Made by a program: the position numbers and the translations under genes | Notes under the pieces: generated by a model | What the model was told of the DNA's origin: nothing | What the model saw: the letters and a program-made list of their open reading frames with translations, nothing else | The model's database searches: none | In this document: positions 14,778 through 40,261 of the stretch, in pieces | Layout of the letters: each line of letters begins with the position of its first letter | How positions within the stretch are numbered: the stretch's first letter is position 1 | NCBI GenBank assembly: GCA_951406725.2 | Contig: OX597825.1 | Location: 81,840,001-81,904,000 of the forward strand | Source of the DNA: Octopus vulgaris | Lineage: Eukaryota | Direction of reading: 5' to 3' | DNA: 64,000 bases

Positions 14778-15364
14778 CTCTTTGACTCTTTTACTTGTTT
14801 CAGTCATTTGACTGTGGCCGTGCTGGAGCACCGCCTTTAGTCGAGCAAATCGACCCCCAGAACTTTGTAAGCCTGGTACTTATTCTATCGGTCTCTTTTT
14901 GCTGAACTGTTAGATTACGGGGGACGTAAACACACCAGCATCGGTTGTCAAGCGATGTTGGGGGAACAGACACACAAACACACACACACACGCGCGCGCG
15001 CGCACACACATATATATATAAAGGAGAAAGATATATATACACTCGTATGCATACAGGCACACAAACACACGTACATAGGTTTATTTAGGGCGTATGAGAG
15101 GAGAGTGCTCAATATATGTTAAAGAGGATATACCTGCTTTTTTTTGTTACTAAATTTGAAGCTGAGAATTTGACTCATAACTCGAGGTGCATGACATTGC
15201 CATAATCAATTCAAAATGTGCGTGTGTAGATTTGTGTGTGTGTGACTATTCAGCTTTATTTCAAAATTCTTTGCCAATAAAGAAAGAGCCGGTTTCGAAC
15301 CTAGACCACTGGAGTTTCAACAACATCAACAGGTTTTATTTTATTATTTATTTATTTATTTATT

Positions 15365-16460
15365 GCAGTGACCGTTTTTGAGGCACGCTCGTCTCCATGA
15401 CCGAACTGCAGTCGTGGATCAAAAAGAGGCCGAGGAAGGGCGAATGGCACCGCGAGTGTCGCGTTGCTCTCCAGCAAATTTGCCGTCCTGGGTCGAACTT
15501 GAACGACTGCATCACCACGAAAGCATTCTATAGGGGATTAATGGAGGGGAGGTACGACGACGAGCTCGGGGCGAACCTGGACGTCGACGAGGAATACCTG
15601 ACCCGCCTGTTCAGGACGACTTTCGGGCCAGGGCCCATGGACAATTTCCAGAGATCCCTGGCCTGGCAGTGCTACCGAGAAGCACTACCCGTTCGGGATA
15701 AGCTTTACAGACACGGCTCAAGAAACACGGGGCCGACCTGCCCGAGATGCGGTCAGAGCGACGAAACCGTTCTGCACGCACTCGTGCAGTGTTCAACAAT
15801 TTCCGACCTGTGGGCTAATGTCGAACGACTGCTGTCACGTGTGGGACGAGTCGGTTTATCAGCCGAGTCTATTGTCAATATTGTCACGCCTCCTTCCTTC
15901 AAACGAGAAGGAAGAGCTATTTTCATCATCCTTGTGGCTATGGCGAAAGAATGTATCTGGTGGACGCGTCTGAAAGGATTGGAGACAAACACTTTCCTCT
16001 CTGGTCAATCTCTTATCAACTTCTTCAAGTATCACTTGAAAAGGAAAGTGAGAGTAGAGAGGCAAGTTTTGTGTAGCGAATGTTTCAAAAAAAGATGGGT
16101 GAATGTAACAAGGATGGCACGTGGGAATGACGGAGCCACCTTGAGCATAATCCTATGAACTCGGAAAAATTTAAAACAGAGGGTTACTTACTTGCAAAAA
16201 ATTATGTTAACATGTGACAGTATTGACCGATGTTACCGTAGTCTTTTCCGTATGCTTTTCTTTCCACCTTATCTGCTTCCCCCCTTTACACTTTACATCA
16301 TGACATTTCTGTGATACACGATCCCTATTGATCGCTTTTCCCCACCTTTTATGATCCTTTTTGATCGAAAACATACTCCACTTTTTGTTTTCTTTTCTCC
16401 CCAAAAAGAAAAGCTCTATTTTGTAATCTGTCCCGTCTGTGTGCAGCCCTGTGTGGCTAC
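15365..16460 (+). mobile_element. 5'-truncated non-LTR retrotransposon (Tx1/L1-like ORF2 C-terminus plus 3' UTR)
   Basis: ORF 15397-16158 with zf-RVT-type CPRCGQSDETVLHALVQC and IWWTR motif; GC-rich island followed by pyrimidine-rich UTR. Confidence 0.8.
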
Positions 16461-16524
16461 CGCGTGTGTACCGTTGGCGATTTTTTCCTCGATCTTCCTT
16501 TCTCTGGATCTTTCCTTTTCCTAT

Positions 16525-16559
16525 GTTTCTGACGAAGAGCTCCGCTCGAAACGTTAAAT
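16525..16559 (+). ncRNA. Minimal type I hammerhead ribozyme motif
   Basis: GTTT-CTGACGA-a-GAGC tcc GCTC-GAAA-CG-TT-AAAT; palindromic AACGTT stem III. Confidence 0.72.
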
Positions 16560-16645
16560 CCTCTTTCTTCCCTTCCTTCCTGAACGTCCAATAATACTAT
16601 ATTTGTTCCACGTCCTCGCGTTGTTGTGTTTTCATGTTTGGATTA

Positions 16646-16766
<121 letters not shown>

Positions 16767-16888
16767 GTATATATATAGTAAATCCCCCCACTTCCCAAAA
16801 AAACGAAAGACAAACACAAGAAAACAACAACACGTGGATGTGGTACATGTAAAGCATTATCAGACGTTCAGGGGAGGAAAGACAGATG

Positions 16889-16923
16889 GTTTAACGTTTC
16901 GAGCAAAGCTCTTCTTCAGAAAC
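16889..16923 (-). ncRNA. Minimal type I hammerhead ribozyme motif (inverted paralogue of 16525-16559)
   Basis: Minus strand GTTT-CTGAAGA-a-GAGC ttt GCTC-GAAA-CG-TT-AAAC. Confidence 0.72.
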
Positions 16924-17423
16924 AGGAGATAGAGGACAGTCCACTAGAAAAGGAAGACGGACGAAAAAAAAAAAGTCGCCAACAATTCCCATGTGCTTAA
17001 ATATACACGTTTATTTAAGATATGACCTTACTGACGCTAACATCTGTGCACAAGCCTTCCCTGACCGCTATTCCCATCAATGCTGGTAAATGTGTGACGT
17101 CAGACATCGGGGCGTTAATCGTAATATACAAATACATGAAAGGTCGCCAATCGGTCTGAAAACTTGTTCTTGTTTCTTTTCCACTTAATCTTCTCTTCGC
17201 AAACCGGAAAATATAGCTGTGACAATCTGACACCATTTTTTGATTGATCGTTAGCAACTCTGAGTCTTCGTTTCTTGTTCGACTTTGAATGTTCTACGCC
17301 AGGTGTTGTTCGCCCTTTTCAGCTTACGGTTTGCTCTGTGGTGTCCAGTGACATTGCGTGGGTTGTGACGAGGCCGACCAGTTTACATACGTGTTTGTGC
17401 TATATGTTGTGTCCCATATCGCT

Positions 17424-17473
<50 letters not shown>

Positions 17474-17652
17474 TACATACATACATACATACATACATAC
17501 ATGCATAGGTTTATTGAGGGCGAATGAGAGGAGAGTGCTCAATATATGTTAAAGAGAGCATACAGGTTCTTTTCTTATTAAATTTCAAACTGAGAATTTG
17601 TCTCAACTCGAGTTACATGACATTGAGATAATTAATTCAAAATGCGCGTGTG

Positions 17653-17707
<55 letters not shown>

Positions 17708-18039
17708 GAGAGAGGCTATGCAGCTTTATTTCAAGATTTCTTTATTCCTTTATTGCCCACAAGGGGCTAAACACAGAGAGGACAAACAAGGACAGACAAA
17801 CGGATTAAGTCGATTACAACGACCCCAGTGCGTAACTGGTACTTATTGAATTGACCCTGAAAACGGCAGACGAAATACCGCAAAGCATTTCGGCCGGCAT
17901 GCTAGCGATTCTGCCAGCTCGCCGCCCTAAGATTTCTTGCCAATAAAAAAAGAGTCGGGTTCTAGTCTAGATCCAAGGTCCTTTCATTGGAATTTCAACA
18001 ACACCATAGGGTATTCGTGCATGTATATATGCATGTGTG

Positions 18040-18400
18040 TAGCATTTGGAGTAAATGTATGAGCAGATTTCTATGTTTTGTTTATATATATATATTCCCG
18101 TGCATATAGTTGGGGGTCTAAACATACTCATATATATTTAAATGATAAACTTCTGGAAAGTTTTACAGATTTTTTACTGTTCCTGTGATGGATTGGATCT
18201 GTAGTCTTCGAATCAGCTTTTTCCTTTCTGTCTTTTGAGAAGCATAATTTCCCTGGATTGGTATTTAGACAGTGTTTTACGTACCCCATGACCCCAATAA
18301 TTACAGGTATAAACCTGATAATTTAATCTGGATCCTCAATAGTTCAGCGTAGGTATTCTCTTTTTCGCTGATCTTTAGCTTTGTTAACATCCGCGGGGCA
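18040..18400 (-). mobile_element. Decayed 3' fragment of an RLE-type (R4/Dong-like) LINE
   Basis: Frameshifted translation CPADVN..KLKISEKENTYAELLR..RFIPVIIGVMGYV..IRRLQIQSITGTVK resembles an RLE C-terminus. Confidence 0.6.
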
Positions 18401-18419
18401 CGCATATGTTTAGCATCTT

Positions 18420-18468
<49 letters not shown>

Positions 18469-20038
18469 ATGTCACAATGGTAAGCTCATTTCTGAGCCAA
18501 TCTGTACATAAAGAAATATAAAAGATGTTTCTGATTAAAGTAATCTGAAAGAAATTGCGTTCTTTTCATAGAAAATCTGGAGAAACGTTCTAAGCCTTCA
18601 ATTGTGCAACTCCTTTCAAACAGTTTACAATTTTTCTGTGATAAATTTTTAATTCTTCGTGTTTTGGGACCTGTGGCGGCTTGTGTATAGACAGTGCAGA
18701 ACTGCAGCTCCCCCTATTTCCACTCGATATTATCGATAACATTCAATATAATGAGTCCTTTTTTCTTTAATTCTTTCTTTATACCTGTACGCTTTACAGT
18801 CCTTAAGCTTAATCCCCTAGTTTATGAAAAAAATACAAAAATCATTGAATAGAACTGTGCGCTTCACACTTCCAGCCACGTAGTTTTGGCTGTTGTGCGC
18901 ATGCTCACATGTCCGAGATAGGAAGCTTCACACTAGGGAGAGACAGCACTGTCTTTCACGCAGTGCCAATTGAAACGTGGTATTTCTTTTTGACTCCGCG
19001 TGTGTTGTGCTTACAAACGTGTTTATATTCTTGAATGTGATAAAATGTAGAATTAGAGTATTATCCTGCTTCCAGCTTCAGTGTTGCTGCCAGGATTTGA
19101 AGAATAGGGCAGATCCCGCCCCCTTATTTTATGATTTAGGAGTGGGGTGAAAAAGAAGGGGGAATTCGCGACAGTGTTCAGTAAAGAAATTAAACACACT
19201 AACTGGCTAAAATGCGAACCGAACGACTTCATGTATAAATACTCCTTTTATATGTTTGTTACCTTTTACACAATATTAAAACAACGGCTAAAAATTTTCT
19301 GAAGCAGCACCCCCAACTAATTTTATCTACGAGCCGCCACTATTTGGGACAGAACGAGGTGGGAAAAATTTCAGTGAAAAACACCTGTCGACATCGAGAG
19401 TTGCCTCCCTTATAAATAATTATTTCTCTGTTGCAGATGAAGGGAGACAATAGTGTCTTGGCTTCATTTCTCTTTAACATAGTATCGTATCTGATACTAT
19501 GGCAATTAGTACAATTATCTTATAGTAATTAGTGTTGTTATTGTTGCTGTTGTTGTTCTTATGTTGCTTTGTAAGTACAACACAGCTCAAGGGGAGATTT
19601 TTAAAAGGGTTTCATTTTATTATTGTCTTTGTTTTTACAATGGAGTTCAAGAGGTTTGGCTACGCATGCCATTGGGCAACAAAATATATGCGTCTGTGTG
19701 TGTGTGTGTTTGTGTGTGTATACACACACAAACACACACACACACATATATATATATACATATACATATACTCACACACACATATATATATACACATACA
19801 CATACATACACAGATGTATATACGCATACACACAAATATATATGCACAGCACATGCGTATATGAGTGTATATACATATGTCTATATATACATTTATACAT
19901 CTAAACATACACACACGCACACACACATATATGTGTATATATATATACACACACATACATACATTTATGTATGTATATATATATGTATATACTTGTATAT
20001 ATACATACATACAAATCTATATATATAATATGTTTATG

Positions 20039-20079
<41 letters not shown>

Positions 20080-20082
<3 letters not shown>

Positions 20083-20210
20083 GGTGTCCCAAAAAAATGT
20101 ATACACACCTTAAATAATTGTAAATTTGTTATTCTTTGTAAGCCTAGTACTTATTCTATCGTTCTCTTTTGCCGAACCACTATGTGTATACATTTTTTGG
20201 GGACACCCTG
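20080..20210. mobile_element. Tc1/mariner-type MITE
   Basis: TIRs cagggtgtcccaaaaaaatgtatacac / gtgtatacattttttggggacaccctg inside a (TA)n tract. Confidence 0.8.
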
Positions 20211-20329
20211 CATATATATATATTTGTAAATGTAATATGTATACATTATATCGAGGTTTCTTTCATTTTTTTGTTGTCTTACCATTTTTATCAATATATA
20301 TATATACTACACATATAGCATATACATAC

Positions 20330-21516
20330 ATGCATGTATGTATGCATGCATGTATGTATGTATGTATGTATGTATGTATGTATGTATGTATGTATGTATG
20401 TATGTATGTATGTATGTATGTATGTATGTATGTATGTATGTATGTATGTATGTATGTATGTATGTATGTATGTATGTATGTATGTATGTATGTATGTATG
20501 TATGTATGTATGTATGTATGTATGTATGTATGTATGTATGTATGTATGTATGTATGTATGTATGTATGTATGTATGTATGCATGTATGTGTGTATGTATG
20601 TATGTATGTATGTATGTATGTATGTATGTATGTATGTATGTATGTATGTATGTATGTATGTATGTATGTATGTATGTATGTATGTATGTATGTATGTATG
20701 TATGTATGTATGTATGTATGTATGTATGAATGTATGTATGTATGTATGTATGTATGTATGTATGTATGTATGTATGTATGTATGTATGTATGTATGTATG
20801 ATGTATGTATGTATGTATGTATGTATGTATGTGTGTATGTATGTATGTATGTATGTATGTATGTATGTATGAATGTGTGTGTATGTATGTATGTATGTAT
20901 GTATGTATGTATGTATGTATGTATGTATGTATGTATGTATGTATGTATGTATGTATGTATGTATGTATGTATGTATGTATGTATGTATGTATGTATGTAT
21001 GTATGTATGTATGTATGTATGTATGTATGTATGTATGTATGTATGTATGTATGTATGTATGTATGTATGATGTATGTATGTATGTATGTATGTATGTATG
21101 TATGTATGTATGTATGCATGCATGTATGTATGTATGTATGTATGTATGTATGTATGTATGTATGTATGTATGTATGTATGTATGTATGTATGTGTGTATG
21201 TATGTATGTATGTATGTATGTATGTATGTATGTATGTATGTATGTGTGCATGTATGTATGTATGTATGTATGTATGTATGTATGTATGTATGTATGTATG
21301 TATGTATGTATGTATGTATGTATGTATGTATGTATGTATGTATGTATGTATGTATGTATGTATGTATGTATGTATGTATGTATGTATGTATGTATGTATG
21401 TATGTATGTATGTATGTATGTATGTATGTATGTATGTATGTATGTATGTATGTGTGTATGTATGTATGTATGTATGTATGAATGTATGTATGTATGTATG
21501 TATGTATGTATGTATG
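20330..21516. repeat. (TATG)n array, about 1.2 kb
   Basis: Direct reading; source of the MYVC/HTYI pseudo-ORFs. Confidence 0.98.
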
Positions 21517-23100
21517 TGTGTAGGCCAATCCCACACTAGTTACCTTATTATAACCTATGGCGTTCTACTCATGTAGTTTGTATTAAATCATATAAAATCA
21601 ATTTCCCTTCATTAATCGATATGCTTTTCTCTATCACCATCCTTTATCGAATGGTTGCAATCAGTTCATAATGTTAAACATTTGGAGTTGTTTTTTTGTT
21701 TGTTTGTTTTTCTCTATCGGTGATACATTTTACATTACTAACCATTTTTGAGTCTGCTTCATATGGGAAATCTAAGTCGATTGCATGACTCATGCCCTAC
21801 ACCTTTGAGGAAAGGCCATTGGATTACTTTTAAAGAATATGCCATTGTACTAAAATTAAGAGTCAAATGCTATTCGAATTGGGATTTGGAGAATCATCGG
21901 AGCTCTAGAGAAAATACCTCTTTGCGTTGTGAGTTCAAACCCAGCCGAGTCAGTTGTGCTTTTCATTCTTTCGGGGTCGGTGTAATCGATTTAACCTCTC
22001 CCGTCAAAATTGCTGGCCTTGTGGCAAAATCTGAGAGAAAAAAGGTGTTGAACTGACAGAATCTTTAGCACGTTGGCCAAAATACTTAGAGGCATTTCTT
22101 CCGACTCCTTACGTTCTGAGTTCAAATTACGCTTAGATTGACTTTGCCTTTGATCCTTTCAGGATCGATAAAATAAGGACCAGTTGAACACCGGGGTTGA
22201 TGTAATCGACTGAGCTTCCCTCCGCCCGAAATTGCTGGCCTTGTACCAAAATTTGAAACCATTATTATTGTCGTCGTTGTTGTTGCTGCTGTTGTTGTTG
22301 TTGAGGTGGCGAGATGGCAGAATCGTTAGCACGCCTGGCAACAATACATAGCCACATTTCGTTCGACTTTACGTTCTGAGTTCAAATTCCGCCGAAGTCG
22401 ACTTTGCCTTTCATCCTTTCAGGGTCGATTAAATAAGTACCAGTTACGCACTGGGGTCGATGTAATCGACTTAATCCGTTTGTCTGTCCTTGTTTGTCCT
22501 CTCTGTGTTTAGCCCCTTGTGGGTAGTAAAGAAATAGGTATTTCGTACCAGTTACGCACTGGGGTCGATGTAATCGACTCAATCCCCAAGCTACCCGTGT
22601 GGCAAAAATTTGAAATCATTATTGTGTAATGTTGTTTAAACATTTAATTCATAAAACTCTGATAGGGACTATTGACAATACCTTATTTTAGTAATTATTT
22701 TATATCTACGGCTGTGTCCTGGGTATGATTTCAAACTACACCCTATAATGGGGTTCTGATTCGTGAGCTCCAGGGTTCTGAGGGGTGTGGGATCATCCCT
22801 TAACCGCTGTTGTTCCCAGGTCTACTCTAACGTGGAGTAGCAGCACCTTTTAGGGTCCCAGCTATTGGTTAATTTGCATGTTATTTGCATGGGTTAATTT
22901 GCATATTATGGAAGAAACCTCAAGAATGAAACCCTCACTTCCTTGTGATTGCTTTGAGAAAGGAAAGGGTTAGGGGAAACAACCTCGGCGGCAATTCAAT
23001 GAATGGATTCCCTCAGTAGGTCCGCTGTCCTCTTTGACACCCTTCCAGCAACGCCTATGTAGGTGGAGCTCTCCGACCCTGTAAGGCAATTCATCTAGGA

Positions 23101-23419
23101 CAAGGGTTCTTAAGCATCTTTTTTTTTTATCTGTGGACCCCTTTGCTTACTTTTTTTTATTCTGGTGGACCCCTGTAGCCATTCAATGTTTAAAAACAGC
23201 TTTATAAATACTTCTTTGTGTTGATTGAACTATTTAAGACGATAGAGAAAGAAACCTGTTTCTTGCAATACAAAACCAATTAATACATCAACGGCAACAT
23301 TTTTTCAGGGGCCCTTAAAATGCTATTGTGGATCCCCAATTCACTACTTTGTTGTGTGGACCCCAACAAATCTTATATAGACCCTCAGGGGCCATATGAG
23401 CCCCGGTTGTGAACCACTG
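23101..23419. mobile_element. hAT-type MITE
   Basis: Ends caagggttct / gaaccactg; near-perfect 8-bp TSD atctagga / atcaagga; internal ggacccc repeats. Confidence 0.7.
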
Positions 23420-24656
23420 ATCAAGGAGAAGACCATTCTAACCTAAAACCTGCAGCATGATGGTTATCACAGCCATCTCAGCCAAGTGAGTCATTATGGT
23501 CAGGCCTCCAAGACTAAAGACTAAAGAGTGGTGTCTGATTGCATTGAGTTATTATTCTCACTTGAAAACTACTGAGTGTAGGCAGGAAGTAAAGCTATGC
23601 AAGCGTCAAGGATCAGTTTACGAAACCACTCGAGGGAGTGTCGCTCTTGTTCATGATCTACGGATGCAAAGAAATGGCCATTATCAAATAGATTGACAGA
23701 ATGGTTTGTGCATCACCAAAAATGCTTTGCGGCATTTGTTTTGGCTCTTCAGGATCTGAGATCAAATGCTGCTGAGGCCGACTTTGCCGTTTATCCTTTC
23801 GGTGTTGATAAAATAAAACACCAGGCCTTTGCCTCAATCGGAAACCTTTCTTTTATACATCTGATGGTAAGGCGCCGAGAAGTATGAGAAAATACATCAA
23901 TCAAACAGAGTTGTGGTTTTATCATTGATTTATGGAAACTAAATGAATGTAGAGACGAGTGCCTCTAAACGGTCCGTTTTTACATCCCACGGTAGCAGCT
24001 CGATCAAAGTAAGCCTGTGGCTAAACAACAACAGGGAGAATCAAAATTATAAACACTTGGAAGATAAAAACATGCTTTTATAAATTCTTTCTTGGTCTGT
24101 TTTAATCTCTTTTTTCTTCTTCGTATAATTAAGTCAGGAGTTGGAAACCAAAGTTCATGGCGCTTCGGGGCTTCCGTAATTAATGAGCAAACGTTATTCT
24201 CAAACCGGAAGATCTGGCTTAAATTTTTACAACAGAAGCGGAATGGATTCTGGTAAAAGAACCAAAAGATTTGGTGCTGATATTAAAGTGGGCGAAAGAT
24301 TAAGCTGATAAATCTACTAATAATAAATGAATATTTTTGAATATTATTTTGATCTTTTGTTATCGAAATACATCAAAGCATAAAAAGAAAACGTTGTTCC
24401 AGAAAAATTACTTTTGAAATAAAGTAAAATGTATTTCGTTACATATATATATAAATATTTTTTTAATTAGACGATTTATTGTTTAAAATTTTCAGAAGTT
24501 TGTTGAAGCGACATAAATTGACTTCATAAAATAACTCGGTATTTTGAAAGCGTTTAGAAATGGCGACCTTAAAGAATAATAAATTTAGGAAAACGTCTTA
24601 CTCGGTAGTACAAGACCATAGCTCGTAGACGGCATCAAGCGAAAACAGTCTTGAAA

Positions 24657-24664
24657 TGACGTCA
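24657..24664. promoter_or_regulatory. Full CRE palindrome TGACGTCA upstream of the KLHL10-like start
   Basis: Perfect 8-mer starting 109 nt before the ATG in non-repetitive sequence. Confidence 0.45.
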
Positions 24665-24765
24665 CTCTAACGGGACCTTAGTTTTTGTTTTTTTATCTAC
24701 TAGCCATATGATAATCGACTATTGAAGGGAGAGTTTGTTTTAACTTGTAATAATCGCCATTCAAC

Positions 24766-36235
<11,470 letters not shown>

Positions 36236-36541
36236 CCAAAAATGTATTCTGGATACGTATGGGCGTTCTTGCAGTCAACATGGCCATTGTGGTAGCCGTG
36301 GTCATCAAGGAAAACATTTTGATTCTTTGAGAATTCTTTGTTTTAAATTTAAAAAAAAAAAATTTGTTTTTCAATATTGAAAATGAAATGAAGAAACAAA
36401 AAGAAAATTATATTTTTGGAGAAAATATTTTACAAAACTGAAAAAGCAAATCAATGGTTTTAGAAGCATGTTTCACGTCAAGTGAAAAATATAAACATGC
36501 AAAAAAATTTAAAGACGGAAAAAAAAAACAAGAGCAACAGT

Positions 36542-36547
36542 AATAAA
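36542..36547 (+). terminator. Candidate polyadenylation signal for the KLHL10-like gene
   Basis: AATAAA about 300 nt after the stop; region is very AT-rich so it may be chance. Confidence 0.35.
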
Positions 36548-36929
36548 ACATAACAATAGTGATAAAGAAAAATTATTATAATTATAATTACTATTATTAA
36601 TGAAAGTGTAATAGTAACAAATAATAATTTTTATTTAAAATTACATTTCAATTTCTATTTTGTATTCACCCTCGATAATATATATGACGATGATATTTAT
36701 ATTTATATATACATATATATATATGTGTATACTACATATACTCACATTTGTGTGTCTGTGTGAGTGTATACATTAAATATCTACATATGCAAAAAGAGTT
36801 AAGCGTATACAAAAATACATACATACATTCATTTCTATCTCACTCTCTCTCACTGTATCCTATTTACCTGCCTATCTATACCTGTCTGTTTGTCTGTCTT
36901 TCTCTCTCTCACTTTCTCTTCCTCTCTGC

Positions 36930-37125
<196 letters not shown>

Positions 37126-37938
37126 ATATATATATACACACACATACACACACACACATATAAATATTCAAAATATGATTGAATAAACTAAATAAATAAA
37201 AAAAATTTAAAAAAAACAACAGCAACAAAAAGCACCAATGACAGTTTTTTTTTTTTAATTAATTACTTAAAATAATTCAAAATTTAATTACCTCAATATT
37301 TACTGAACTGAAAGGATCTGAAAATATTTTAGGAATTTAATTTTTAAAAATAAAACAAAAAAAATCATTTATATAAAGACTTTACAAAAAGACATTCTTG
37401 GCTGTGCACCTTTTTTTAAAATTGTTTTTTTAATTGGAAACCTCTTTCAATTAAACCTACCTACCTACATACTTATATACACACTTGTATACACACACAC
37501 ACAAACACAAAATAAATACATAAAAATAATACAAAAAAAACAAAGGAAAGAACACTGTTGACCATAAAAAAAAATAATGAAATTAAAAATCAAAAAGTAC
37601 AGCACTCGCTTCGTCCAACTCGAGGTCATCTCCAATCCAGCAGATCTATAATCAAAGCCATTCCGACCATGACCATCAGACATAAATATATTTAGGACTA
37701 CAATAATATTTATACATTGTGTCCTGCATTTTTTTTTTCTGTTGAAGATAATGGATGTGTGATTTGAGGGAGATTTGTCTGCTATTGCTAGCAGGTCGAA
37801 TGACTATGCAGAGGACATCTCATCTGAGAGAAGTTGTGTGTCACTCTCATCATCATAATTACTCGATTAATTTAATTAACTTTTTATATTGTGTCTAAAT
37901 AAAAAAAATCATGCATATTTCACTGATATTTTGGATTC

Positions 37939-38026
37939 ATTCTTATTTATTATCTGTTTTATTCTTATTTATTATCTGTTTTATTCTTATTTATTATCTG
38001 TTTTATTCTTATTTATTATCTGTTTT
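37939..38026. repeat. 22-bp minisatellite x4
   Basis: Unit attcttatttattatctgtttt. Confidence 0.9.
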
Positions 38027-38064
38027 ATAAAAGAAGTGTTGTATTTCCCATGATACTTAAGGCA

Positions 38065-38650
38065 GGGAGCTGACAGAATCATTGCCACGCCAAAAGGTGG
38101 TGAACTGGCAGAATCGTTAGCACGCTGGGCGAAATGCTTAGCTGTATTTCATCTGCCGTTACGTTCCGAGTTCAAATTCTGCCGAGGTCGACTTTGCCTT
38201 TCATCCTTTCGGGGTCGATAAATTAAGTACCAGTTACGCACTGTGGTCGATATAATCGACTTAATACCTATGTCTGTCCATGTTTGTCCCCTCTATGTTT
38301 AGCCCCTTGTGGGTAATAAAGAAATATGTATTTCATCTGCCGTTACGTTCTGAGTTCAAATTCCGCCGAGGTCGACTTTGCCTTTTATCCTTTCGGGGTC
38401 AATAAATTAAGTACCAGTTACGCACTGGGGTCGATATAATCGACTTAATCCGTTTGTCTGTCTTTGTTTGTCCTCTCTGTGTTTAGTCCCTTGTGGGTAA
38501 TAAAGAAATAGAAATAGGTATTTCATCTGTCTTTACGACTTTGCCTTTTATCCTTTCGGGGTCAATAAATTAAGTACCAGTTATGCACTGGGGTCGATGT
38601 AATCGACTTAATCCTTTTGTCTAACGTTTCTGCCAGCTCACCACCCTTTA
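38065..38650 (+). mobile_element. Tandem SINE cluster
   Basis: Three reiterations of the gtcgactttgcctttcatcctttcggggtc core. Confidence 0.75.
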
Positions 38651-39024
38651 AGGACATTGAACCCTTTTAGCATTCAGATTCCTCTGTCAAATGTAATCCT
38701 TATTTATCCACATTGTTTTGAGTTAATCCTGCGTTATCTTTCAGCTATGAAACTTTGATGATGGGATTGTTTGTTTTTAGAATGACATTGTAAGACAGGT
38801 GTGAGAGGCCAGATCTGGTCAGTTTGAGCATAAAGAGAATGCAAAAGAAATACGTAAACTGGTTTTATTAACTGAATTACTTTAAAGATGGGATGATTTA
38901 AGTGCCCGGACTGAGGGTTTCCGCTCATACTTCAAGACAAAAATTAGCATGAGTCTCAGCTCGCACAGAAAATGACTTGTGCAATGGGGCACTTGTACTG
39001 TGAGGTTCTACTGTGTTGATATAT

Positions 39025-39337
39025 ATCACCGTGATCACCGTGACCGACCAGGCTATCAGATGTTGCTACACATCGCTGGTCACAATGCACCTCACATCGT
39101 TTTAGCCTTCAAATGATGCCAGCCCGCTGGCTAAGCGAGCAGGCCAACAGAAGAAAGAGTGAGAGAAAGTTGTGACGAAAGAGTACAGCAGGGATCACCA
39201 CCACACCCTGCCGGAGCCTCGTGGAGCTTTAGGTGTTTTCTCTCAATAAACACTCACAACGCCCGGTCAGGGAATCGAAACCACGATCCTCCGACCACGA
39301 GTCCGCTGCCCTAACCACTAGGCCATTGCGCCTCCAC
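39025..39337 (-). mobile_element. Near full-length tRNA-derived SINE (third family)
   Basis: Head gtggaggcgcaatggcctagtggttaggg with A/B-box-like segments; tail ggtcacggtgatcacggtgat; fragments at about 5720-5925 and 41340-41450. Confidence 0.7.
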
Positions 39338-40052
39338 GTGTTGATAAATATATATATATATATGTGTGCGTGTGTGTACCATCATCATCATCATCGTCAT
39401 TTAACATCCGCTTTCCATGCTGGTATGGGTTGGATGGTTTGACTGAGAACTGGTAAGCTGGGAAGCTGTACCAGGCACCAGGTTCTGATCTAACAAGGTT
39501 TCTACAGCTGGATGCCCTTCCTAAAGCCAACCACTTTGCAGAGTGTAATGGATGCTTTTTACGTGCCAACAGCACGGGGGCCAGTCGACCAGCACTGGCA
39601 TCGGCCATGCTTGAATATATACATAATCATTACTCTCTCTTTTACTCTTTTACTTGTTTCAGTCAATTGATGTTATATTTGATGGAGGCACAAGAGTTGA
39701 AAAATGCTGGAAAATGTTGGTTTTTTGCAAAGTAATTACATATGAAAACAGGAGATTGTAAAACATTTTAGGCATCGTTTATTCGCCATCACATGTGTTT
39801 CATTTGGTAATATGAGTTGCAAGATTGTACATGTAGGAGATATCATACATGTGCAATTTTGTAACTCCTGTTAGCAAACGAAACTCTTGTCATGGGGAAT
39901 AAATTATACCAGTTCTCTTTTTACAATTTCCTGTTTTTATACACACTCACACGCACTCACACACGCACACACGAGTGCAAACATGTACATGACAACCATA
40001 GATGGGGTACTTTTATACGGGGCATAACTCATCCCTCTTCAGGTCTGAACAC

Positions 40053-40222
40053 AGAAAGAGAGAGAGTGTTATAAAGAAAATACGAGAAAGCTAACAGAAA
40101 GGGACAGAAAAAAGATCGAAAGATACAGATGAAAAAGAAAGAGAAAGAAGAGAAAAAGAGCGAGTGAAGGAGTGAGTGAGTAAAACAGGGAGACAAAATG
40201 AGAGATAGAGAGAAACGATGAG

Positions 40223-40261
<39 letters not shown>

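Noticed and set aside
20126-21576. Long ORFs of MYVC/HTYI repeats (up to 423 aa)
   Set aside because: Translations of the (TATG)n microsatellite; the same applies to the YI, HT, poly-N/I and LSIY ORFs elsewhere.
39270-39337. tRNA-like sequence
   Set aside because: It is the head of a SINE and runs straight into SINE body; no full cloverleaf seen.
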